From positions 704,001-768,000 of the forward strand of contig CBDBCY010000004.1 of NCBI GenBank assembly GCA_965203555.1: a stretch of DNA of 64,000 bases, in the 5' to 3' direction. This document shows positions 27,779 to 37,327 of this stretch, in pieces; position 1 is the stretch's first letter, and every line of letters begins with the position of its first letter. The translations under genes were made by a program, and so were the position numbers. Below the pieces are notes generated by a model. The model was given only the letters and a program-made list of their open reading frames with translations. It was not told the DNA's origin and did no database searches. This DNA is from Acidimicrobiia bacterium (GTDB lineage: Bacteria > Actinomycetota > Acidimicrobiia > Spongiisociales > ZC4RG35).

Positions 27779-29026
27779 TTATTTTCGTTGTTTTATGGTG
27801 GGTCGGCGTTTGCGAGGGTAGCGGCGGTTGGGTCGGCGTTTGCGGGGATAGCGGTGGGAGGTGGGTTGGCGGGGTGGGCGTCCCCATTGGGTGGGTGGTC
27901 GGCGGAGGCTGTAGGTTCCTGCCGGTGACTGGTGTACTGTCCAGTCGTTGTCGTGTACTTTGTGGTGGCATCTGCTGCACAGCAGACACATGTTGTCCAG
28001 GTCGGTGGGGCCTCCGTCGGCCCAGTGGACGATGTGATGCGCCTGGCACCAGGCGGCTTTCGCTCCGCAGCCGACACAGTGTTGATCGCGGGCGATGAGC
28101 GCGGAGCGTTGGGCCGGGCTGGCTTTGCGTCTGGCCCGTCCCAGATCCAGGGGTATCGAAGACCCTGAGAAGATGGCGGGCAGGATCTGAGCGTCACAGG
28201 CCAGTTGACGAAACGCCCGGGCGGGAATGGGAGTCCCGTCCCCCAGGCGGGCATCTTTCAGTTGTTGATTGATGGTGTCGTAGTCGGCGATCAGCAACAG
28301 GCGCACATCCTGCGATCGACCGTCGTTTCCTTCCCGAGTAAGAAGTTCGGCCAAAGCGTCGGCCATTCTCTGTCCTGATGTGGCCCGGTTCCGGGGGTCT
28401 TCTTTGTGCCATAGTTGTTTCATCATGTGTGACACGGCCGTTTCCACCCGAGCACCGGTGACCGGATCGAACCTCCCATACAGGACAGTCATCCCGTCGT
28501 CTTGGTCGGTGGTGATCCTGGCGAACCTCCGCGAACGCTGATGCTCCAACTTCGAAACACCATCATCCCGGGCACGGGCCTGTTCGTGTTTGCGGACCGT
28601 CGCCGCGAACTTGTCAGGAGACTGGGAACGAGCATCATCCAACAACTCGTCCTCGTCGATCTCTCCCCGCTGGTTGGCGCCGGCGATGATCCGCGCGTTG
28701 TCGTGGGAGATCTCACCTTTGCGTAACCCTTTTCGCGTTTTTGGTAGTTCCTCCAATGCTTTGGCGGTTTCTACTTCTGACCGTGCTTTCCGACGGCCCA
28801 GCAGACCGTCGGTTTGTAACACCGTTTCTACCACCTCGGTGCCTTCCCGGCGGCGCAACTCCGACACGATCTCGGCGCGGATCGCCGCCGCCTGATTCTG
28901 AACACGGACAGTGGACTTCAACCGCTTGCGCAACTGCTCCAACGAAGCCTCCGAAACCGGCAAAGAAGGCACCAACAGGCGCACCCGATTGGCCACCGAT
29001 GTTCCGTTCATGTCTTTTCTGTTCAT
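27779..29026 (-). CDS. DUF222 / HNH endonuclease (REP13E12-like)
   Basis: QRMADAL, ACDA, PLDLGR..R, ARD..C..C, CQAHHIVHWADGGPTDLDNMCLLCSRCHHKVH. Confidence 0.9.
   Translation of the reverse strand: MNRKDMNGTSVANRVRLLVPSLPVSEASLEQLRKRLKSTVRVQNQAAAIRAEIVSELRRREGTEVVETVLQTDGLLGRRKARSEVETAKALEELPKTRKGLRKGEISHDNARIIAGANQRGEIDEDELLDDARSQSPDKFAATVRKHEQARARDDGVSKLEHQRSRRFARITTDQDDGMTVLYGRFDPVTGARVETAVSHMMKQLWHKEDPRNRATSGQRMADALAELLTREGNDGRSQDVRLLLIADYDTINQQLKDARLGDGTPIPARAFRQLACDAQILPAIFSGSSIPLDLGRARRKASPAQRSALIARDQHCVGCGAKAAWCQAHHIVHWADGGPTDLDNMCLLCSRCHHKVHDNDWTVHQSPAGTYSLRRPPTQWGRPPRQPTSHRYPRKRRPNRRYPRKRRPTIKQRK
27799..27858. repeat. 30-bp tandem duplication at the 3' end of the HNH gene
   Basis: TGGGTCGGCGTTTGCGAGGGTAGCGGCGGT / TGGGTCGGCGTTTGCGGGGATAGCGGTGGG; encodes RYPRKRRP twice. 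Confidence 0.85.
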
Positions 29027-29056
29027 GCATACCAGTATGCACCAGGGGTGTGACAA
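29026..29056 (-). promoter_or_regulatory. RecA-NDp/PafBC-like promoter of the HNH gene with a palindrome over the -10 box
   Basis: Minus strand tTGTCAcac-ccctggtg-CATACT, then 7 nt to ATG; spacing matches tTGTCRgtg-N8-TAnnnT. Perfect palindrome TGCATAC-CA-GTATGCA at 29026-29041. Confidence 0.6.
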
Positions 29057-29130
29057 ACAACACCACATAACACCAAGTTGTCAAAAGAAACACTAAAAGA
29101 AGGCTAGCCAAAGATGAACCGCCACGGGTT

Positions 29131-29892
29131 TCATCCAGAGATATTTAGCATCTTGGCATAACGAACGGACTGCTCGGCCTGTGTCCACATTGAGCAGTCG
29201 GCGCACTTGGCGCCGTTGCTGACCTCGGTCTGATAGTAGAGACAGCAGGCGTTTCGCTCCCACGACCACCGCATCCCCCCGCCGATCCGGACGACGCGAC
29301 CCGATCTCTGTAACTCATGGCGGGCAGTGGCGAAAAATCTTTCGACCAAGTGGCGGATCCGCTCGGCCTGGTCAGCAATCGACCCGACAAACGCGCCGAA
29401 GGACGCAGCACATGACGACCCGACATTGCCCCACAGAAGAGCTCTGCCTATGAGCATGGACCGGTGCGCGGCGTCTACGAACGGCGCCAAGTGCTCATCA
29501 ATCAGCATCCGGTGCAACACGGCCAAGTCGCCGTCGGCCGCCACCAACTCTGCACGGCGCAATCGGACCGCGTTGAGACGGTGCTGGTCCAAACGGATCG
29601 CGGTGGACTCTGGATGGATCGAGAGGACATCGCCCGACAGGACGAACGACCCGATGGCAACCGTAGCGATTCGGAATACATACCCTTGGGCGAACAGAGA
29701 CATCGCCGCCATATCATCTGCCCCCCAGGCCGCGGCGGTCGACCGCACGCTCTCCAACAGCAGCGACGGATCACCGATCAGATCGTCGCAGGCCAGCCAT
29801 CTCCGGCCGTCACCCGCTCTACCCACCCAGATGCGCAGATAGTCAACAGTCGCCAGAAGTTCTTCCACCATATCACAACTCCGGTTGCTCAC
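29131..29892 (-). CDS. FhuF-like ferric-siderophore reductase (2Fe-2S)
   Basis: LWGNV motif and C-terminal R.ACCLYY-x7-C.DC (C-C-x10-C-x2-C-like) cluster; GGGAG RBS. Confidence 0.8.
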   Translation of the reverse strand: MSNRSCDMVEELLATVDYLRIWVGRAGDGRRWLACDDLIGDPSLLLESVRSTAAAWGADDMAAMSLFAQGYVFRIATVAIGSFVLSGDVLSIHPESTAIRLDQHRLNAVRLRRAELVAADGDLAVLHRMLIDEHLAPFVDAAHRSMLIGRALLWGNVGSSCAASFGAFVGSIADQAERIRHLVERFFATARHELQRSGRVVRIGGGMRWSWERNACCLYYQTEVSNGAKCADCSMWTQAEQSVRYAKMLNISG

Positions 29893-29969
29893 ATCGCGCT
29901 CCCTTCAGTTCCGGCGGCGCTCCGGTGGACCCGAAGATACAGATCCAAAACCCCCGTTTTCACTTGTCA

Positions 29970-29985
29970 TCGAACATTTGTTCGA
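29970..29985. promoter_or_regulatory. LexA (SOS) box
   Basis: TCGAAC-ATTT-GTTCGA, a perfect match to the Gram-positive/actinobacterial CGAAC-N4-GTTCG box, about 50 nt upstream of the imuB-like ATG. Confidence 0.85.
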
Positions 29986-30034
29986 CTACAACTATACGGA
30001 TTCCCAACTGAATTTGCCTGCCGAAGGAGGTGCG

Positions 30035-30745
30035 ATGCGGGTCGCGTGTCTGCTCATCTCTCATCTGAGAGCCAAATCCGAGATGCGGAGCGACGTGCGC
30101 CTGAAGGACCGACCGGCGGTGATTGTCGACCGGAGCAGTTCCGGTCCCCTGGTGGTGGACCACACCTCCCAAGCCGTGGGAATAAGGGTCGGCATGACAT
30201 TGGAACAGGCTGTCTCCCATCATGCCGACAGCATCGTCCTGGAAGCCGACGAAATCTATTACCAGCAGGTGTTCGATGATGTGCTGTGGTCTCTGGCAGA
30301 CATTCAGTCACCGGGTGGAGGGCCCGGAACTCGGCACTGCCTATGTCCGCCTCGACGGCGTGCAGGCTCTCCTATGGCGATGAGGATCGGCTGGTACACA
30401 AGCTCTTGGAAGCCATTCCCGACGATCTGGCGCCGGCGGTGGGAGTGGGCGATGCCAAATTTCCCGCCTTCGTGGCGGCCCGGACCGGGAGGGCGATGGA
30501 AGTCACCTGGGCGCCTTACGATCCGGCCCGATTCTTCTCCTCCCACTCCATCGACCTGCTCCCCCTCTCAAGCGAGATGAAAACCAGTCTGGGTCTTTTG
30601 GGCCTTCACACCATGGGAGACGTCGCCAAACTGCCCAGGGATCTTTTGATCGACCAGTTCAGTCTGGAAGGAACAGCCGGAGTGGTCCTGGAATGCAGTG
30701 GCGATCAAGCTCTGCCATGGAGAAGAGTAATCCATTTCAAGCCGC
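30035..30745 (+). pseudogene. imuB: ImuB-like Y-family polymerase accessory protein, frameshifted and truncated
   Basis: AAGGAGG RBS, then MRVACLLISH...GMTLEQA...LEADEIYY. After a +1 shift (~30304): SHRVEGPELGTAYVRLDGV. After a second +1 shift (~30372): YGDE...GVGDAKFPAFVAA...IDLLP...LGLHTMGDVAKL...QF. Homology then appears to be lost. Confidence 0.75.
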
Positions 30746-30749
30746 TCAG

Positions 30750-31080
30750 TGGCGAGGGTGCTCGAAGGCATGGAGGAAGATTCAACTCCCGTGGGATTCC
30801 GACGCTTATCTCTGCACAACCACAAAGTGCGCTCAAGCCGACAGGCACTCCAGTCATCAGCAATCAGGTCATCCAACATCACGCCGACAGTGGACCGAGT
30901 TTCTTCTCGGGTCAAATCCAGCACGGCAAGTCGCCGAGATTCTTTAGAGATAGCTGCGGGCAGCGATTTATGCGTGCCCTGTTTGCTGTACCAAGTGAAC
31001 GGGCACCCACAACCACCGGTGACCCAGGCTTGGACACGATCGGTATCAAACTGATAGCGTACCGAACTCGCAACCCTGTG
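30750..31080 (-). pseudogene. possible degenerate integrase N-terminal remnant
   Basis: Minus-strand peptide ...SKQGTHKS..AAISKE.RRLA.LD....STVGVMLDDLIAD loosely resembles an integrase arm/SAM-like start; it lies directly 3' of the tRNA. Weak. Confidence 0.25.
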
Positions 31081-31106
31081 ACCTGGTATAACAGCCTTAT
31101 TATTAG

Positions 31107-31190
31107 TGCCCGGGGTGGGATTTGAACCCACACGTCACAAGGGACACTGGATTTTAAGTCCAGCGCGTCTGCCCATTCCGCCACCCGGGC
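31107..31190 (-). tRNA. tRNA-Leu (anticodon TAA)
   Basis: GCCCGGG acceptor stem, D arm TGGCGGAATGGGCAGACGC, anticodon arm CTGGA-CTTAAAA-TCCAG, long variable arm, GTGGGTTCAAATCCCAC T arm; CCA not encoded; TACAAT -10 box at 31203-31208. Confidence 0.97.
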
Positions 31191-31400
31191 CCGCCATGCA
31201 AGATTGTAAGCCAAGCCATTGCCGTCTCACCCGACTGGCTTGACTCGAGTCTTTGTTGGGCACCGCGGGAATCCTGCCTCCTCTCGGTCATCACTGTCTC
31301 AATGCGGCGTTCCCGGCCACCCTTCTCCTCCATACCATAAATATATATTATTCTATATAGCAAAGTGAGGCCTCGCTCGTATAGAGAAGCACCACCGGCG

Positions 31401-32282
31401 TTAGGTGGCCGCCACTATTCCGTCCAACAGATCCGACTCCGAGATCAGTACCTCGGGGGCGGCCAACCGGCGAAGGGCCTCGTGGGCGATCACCGCTCCC
31501 GCCAGGATCATCGGCGCCCGGGCAGGTTCCAGCGAGGGGATGGCGGTGGTCTCCTCGACACTCATCTTGGCCAATTCCGCCAGCACAATCGCCAGTTGCG
31601 CAGCCGTTATGGTCGAGTGGTGAACCCGATCCGGGTCATAGCTCTCCAACCGGAGCGCCATGGCGGCCAAACTGGTCCAGGTGCCCGCCACCCCCGCCAC
31701 CTTGGGACGAAACGGCAGACTCACCGTGCCCAGGACCTGCGCAGTCTGCGAAAAAGCCCTATGGATCTGTGGGCGGGAGGGAGGACGGTCGGGCAAAACC
31801 GATTCGGTCATGCGAACCGAGCCGATATCCAAACTGACGCCCTCCACCACGCCTCCGGGGCCCAGCCACACGAATTCGGTGGATCCGCCGCCTATGTCCA
31901 CCACCATGAAGGCTTTCCGATCCGGTAGATCCGAAACGGCTCCGGCAAAGGACAGGCCGGCCTCTTCTTCTCCTGATATGTTCTCGGGCCTGACTCCCAG
32001 AGCTTCCTCCGCCCGCTCCAGAAAAACCTCCCGGTTGGGAGCATCCCTCACGGCCGAAGTCGCTACCGCCCGCTTGTACGTCGCCTCATGTGCGGAAATC
32101 AACTTCCCATAACGTCGCAAGGCGTCCAGCGTACGGGCCATGGAGTCCTCGGTAAGCCTCCCATGCTCTCGCAGGCCTCTACCCAACCCGGTAACGGTTT
32201 GCCAGCGCCCCACCTCCCCCTCCGCAGAGACCAGCAGCAACCGTACGGAATTGGTGCCGATGTCCACCGCCGCCTTCATCAT
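31401..32282 (-). CDS. ppx: Ppx/GppA exopolyphosphatase
   Basis: DIGTNSVRLL, ATSAVRDA, ISGEEEA, DIGGGSTE, GSVR.TE. Confidence 0.93.
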   Translation of the reverse strand: MMKAAVDIGTNSVRLLLVSAEGEVGRWQTVTGLGRGLREHGRLTEDSMARTLDALRRYGKLISAHEATYKRAVATSAVRDAPNREVFLERAEEALGVRPENISGEEEAGLSFAGAVSDLPDRKAFMVVDIGGGSTEFVWLGPGGVVEGVSLDIGSVRMTESVLPDRPPSRPQIHRAFSQTAQVLGTVSLPFRPKVAGVAGTWTSLAAMALRLESYDPDRVHHSTITAAQLAIVLAELAKMSVEETTAIPSLEPARAPMILAGAVIAHEALRRLAAPEVLISESDLLDGIVAAT

Positions 32283-32817
32283 GGCGCTCTCCACTCAGGG
32301 TTCAAGGCCGGACCGCCCCGAAGGTATGTTACGCAGGGAACCGGGCAATCCAACGGCTCGACCTGGGGGGCCACCCACTCCCCCACCGGGTTGTCGTTCC
32401 CCGTCCGATGATCCGCATAGTGGGCATGAAGACACTTCACTCCTTTGCGGGACCCCGCCACCCCACCCGACGGCTTGTGACGGGCGGTGGGAAGCAGGTC
32501 GGAGTCGCGCCGGGCCGCGTACCGGTGATGAGCAGCCTCCAACCGTCGGGCGAAATCCTCATCATGCGCGGACCGAGCGTCCATCCTCTTCACTCCTCCG
32601 GCGGCTTCGACCCTGGAGATTCTCTTGACAGCGAGAGGGCAGGTCAACCAGTAAAGGGTCGGAAAGGGAGTGCCGTCTTCCAGAATCGGCGGGGTCTTCA
32701 CCACCACCGGCAAGCCCAGATGGCACCTGGATTCCACTGTCGAGTCTGACCGGGGCGGTCTGCCGATTTGCAGTGCAACCACCCGTCGGTTGTCCGTATG
32801 TCGGGGATCGGAGTCCA

Positions 32818-32818
<1 letters not shown>
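32279..32818 (-). CDS. DUF501 family protein
   Basis: QIGRPPR, DGTPFPTLYWLTCP, GVKCLHAHYA; standard eno-ftsB-DUF501-ppx order. Confidence 0.9.
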
Positions 32819-34670
<1,852 letters not shown>

Positions 34671-34898
34671 TCACCACGCCGGCCACCATCCGGCGAAGCC
34701 TCGTAGGCGCGTGGACGACCACATTCACCGGAGTGTGCCATTTCTTGGATCCGGGCAGAATGCTCCAGCCACCACAGCCCCACCGAAACATCGGATCCGA
34801 CTCTCCGCGCACCTGGGTGGACCGAAGGCGCAAAAGTATTGGACTTGCCGGATTGAGTCCTGGATGTCCAGCGGAAACCGCCGCAGATCGTGATCTCC

Positions 34899-36404
34899 TC
34901 AAGCCTGCAGTTCCTTGGCGCGTTCCCAGCGTTCTTCCAGTTGGTCACCGCTCAGTCCCTCCAAGGGACCCTCCCTTTCCATCGCCTGGAAGCGATCGCA
35001 GAACTTGGCGATAGCCTGCCGGAGGGCAATCTCGGGATCCACCTCCAGGTGCCGCGCCAGATTGACGCATGCAAACAGCAGGTCGCCCAACTCGGTCCGA
35101 GCAGATTCGGGATCAGAAAGCGCCTCCCGCAATTCCTCCAACTCCTCCGCCACCTTCTCGACCACCGGCGCCGTCTCCGTCCAGTCGAATCCCACCTGCG
35201 CGGCGCGGCGCTGGATCTTGGCTGCCCGGGCCAGGGCGGGCATGGAAAGCGGCACCCCGTCCAGGAGGGACTGGTCCATCCCGGGGGGCTTTTCCTGCTT
35301 CTTGATCCGCTCCCAGTTGGCTTTCACCTGCTCGGCGCTGTCCACCACCACATCGGCAAAGACATGGGGGTGCCGGCGCACCAACTTGCGGCGCAGACCC
35401 TCAGCGACATCTTCCACGTCAAATATCCCCGATTCCCGGGCAATTACGGAATGGAACAGGACCTGCAGCAGCACGTCTCCCAACTCTTCCGACACCTCGG
35501 CCAGGACCACCCAGTCGGGCTGGCAGTCGAGGCTCGGCGCTCCCTGGGCCCCGGCGTCCCGAGGTAGAGACCCCAGCGCCTCGACCAGTTCGTAGGTCTC
35601 TTCCAGCAGGTTTTTGATCAGACTGTGGTGAGTCTGGCGCCGATCCCACGGGCACTCGGAACGCAACCGCTCCATCACCGCCACCGCTCCCGCCAGACCC
35701 ACGGGAGGAGCATCCACGTAAATCGAGGTGCGCGGACCGGCCAGATCGGGATCCACCTTGCCCGGTTCCGACCTCACCGCCCTGGAATCCGGTCCACCCA
35801 GGTCGATCAGTACCGTCACCTTCCTACCTTCCGGCAACAGTCGGGACAGGACCGCACAGAAGTCCGCCAGGCCCACGGGCGTATCGAGGGCCGCCACCAG
35901 GGTGGGGCCTCGCAGCAACAGCGGAGAGGGAAGTCGATGGGCGTTCCACACCGTCAGGCCTTCCTCGAGAGGGTCCACTCCCAACTCGGCCAGGGCCACG
36001 TCCACAAAGGACTCGGCAGGATGGATGACCGTGTCCATCCCATTCTCCGCTGCCGAGGAACGGATCATGGGAACCGCCCGCTCTCCGATCAGCGGACTTC
36101 CGGGGGTGGCGTAGACCACCGGCCCCGACCGGGCCGCCTCCACCACGCGGGCGGCTATCGCTTCATAGACCGACTCGAATTCCTCGCCCTTCGCATAAAG
36201 GTCGTCACAGTGGACTACCGCTCGCTGCGCGGCCAACTCCACCGCGGCGGGATGATCCATGGTACGGACTATCACCTGGCGTCGCGGGTCGGTGAGCAGC
36301 GCCATGGCCGATCGGGGAACCCGGTCCAGGCCTGCGGGCCCCAACCCCACGACCGCCAGATTCAGGCGGGAGGAAGAATCCGTGGATTCGGATCGGTCGT
36401 CCAT
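34899..36404 (-). CDS. mazG: MazG nucleoside triphosphate pyrophosphohydrolase with N-terminal tetrapyrrole-methylase-like domain (YabN type)
   Basis: VVGLGP...PGSP..GE N-terminal domain; CPWDRRQTH, EETYE, EELGD, RRHPHVF, GFDW, ELGDLLF. Confidence 0.92.
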   Translation of the reverse strand: MDDRSESTDSSSRLNLAVVGLGPAGLDRVPRSAMALLTDPRRQVIVRTMDHPAAVELAAQRAVVHCDDLYAKGEEFESVYEAIAARVVEAARSGPVVYATPGSPLIGERAVPMIRSSAAENGMDTVIHPAESFVDVALAELGVDPLEEGLTVWNAHRLPSPLLLRGPTLVAALDTPVGLADFCAVLSRLLPEGRKVTVLIDLGGPDSRAVRSEPGKVDPDLAGPRTSIYVDAPPVGLAGAVAVMERLRSECPWDRRQTHHSLIKNLLEETYELVEALGSLPRDAGAQGAPSLDCQPDWVVLAEVSEELGDVLLQVLFHSVIARESGIFDVEDVAEGLRRKLVRRHPHVFADVVVDSAEQVKANWERIKKQEKPPGMDQSLLDGVPLSMPALARAAKIQRRAAQVGFDWTETAPVVEKVAEELEELREALSDPESARTELGDLLFACVNLARHLEVDPEIALRQAIAKFCDRFQAMEREGPLEGLSGDQLEERWERAKELQA

Positions 36405-37324
36405 GTCCCGTACCGGGGCTCGATGTGCACCTCCGACTCGGAGGACACCCGGAGGAACCATTCCTCGATGACCGTATTGCGCTGGCGTTGGACGTTTCCG
36501 GAACGAATCCCCGCCTCGTGGTCGGCCAACCGAGGATCGGTCCGATCGGTCACCAGGATCACATGATGACCGAACTGAGATTCCACCGGACCGAAAGGAA
36601 CCATCAACTCAGCCCTGACGATTGCTTCTCCGTACTCTTCGACGAACGTGCCGGCAGGCAGGCACCCCAGATCTCCTCCGGTCTCCGAAGCGCTCGGCTC
36701 GATCGAAAGCTCCCTGGCCAGTTCGTTCATCGACTCTCCGGCCAGCGCTCTTTCCAAAACCGCTTCGGCTTCATCCCTGGTTTCCAGCAGCACATGGGTA
36801 GTGCAGACACTCTCGGTCAGCCGCACCCGGCTGGTCTCGAAGACCTCCTGGACTTCCTCGGCGGTCATCTCCGGAAGGTCCTGTAGCAACTGGTCACCGA
36901 GGGCGTTTATCACTGCCCGTTGTACGGCGACCAACCTCACCCGCTCGTCGGTGATTCCCTGCTCCTCCAAGAAAGCGTCGTAGTCCGGACTCTGCACCGC
37001 CACCTGGTCCCTCAGGATCTGATACTCATCCTCCGCGGCGCTTAGGTGAGGTTCCTGCTCAGGATCGATACCAAACTCCTCCAGCGCCTTGGTGAGAACC
37101 AGGCGGGTGATCACCATGCTCAACAGCCGATCCTCAAAGGCCACCCGATCCACCACCTCACCCTCCTCGGGCGCCGTCTCCTCGATTTCGTCCATGTAAA
37201 TGTCAACTCCATTGACCGTGGCCACCAGGTCTCCCTGGCCGGAGCAGGCGCCGGTCGCCAGAAGAACGGTCAGGCAAAGAAGCCCGAGGATGCGTCTGTA
37301 TCCCGAAGAAGTAGTCAAATCCAT
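36362..37324 (-). CDS. PrsA/SurA-like parvulin peptidylprolyl isomerase lipoprotein
   Basis: Lipobox ATGAC, VATVNG, HVL, ARELS, GGDLG, PVESQFGHHVI. Confidence 0.85.
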   Translation of the reverse strand: MDLTTSSGYRRILGLLCLTVLLATGACSGQGDLVATVNGVDIYMDEIEETAPEEGEVVDRVAFEDRLLSMVITRLVLTKALEEFGIDPEQEPHLSAAEDEYQILRDQVAVQSPDYDAFLEEQGITDERVRLVAVQRAVINALGDQLLQDLPEMTAEEVQEVFETSRVRLTESVCTTHVLLETRDEAEAVLERALAGESMNELARELSIEPSASETGGDLGCLPAGTFVEEYGEAIVRAELMVPFGPVESQFGHHVILVTDRTDPRLADHEAGIRSGNVQRQRNTVIEEWFLRVSSESEVHIEPRYGTWTTDPNPRILPPA

Positions 37325-37327
37325 CCT

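Noticed and set aside
27799-27880. CRISPR-like array
   Set aside because: Only two adjacent 30-bp units with no spacers, in frame within the HNH gene; no cas genes.
29885-31131. ORFs 29885-30580, 30286-31125 and 30568-31131 as intact genes
   Set aside because: They are chimeric reading frames crossing the imuB frameshifts, the promoter or the tRNA.
31107-31190. bldA-like developmental control through the rare TTA codon
   Set aside because: TTA codons occur in core genes here (metG W-L-L-R, scpA), so this tRNA is probably simply essential.
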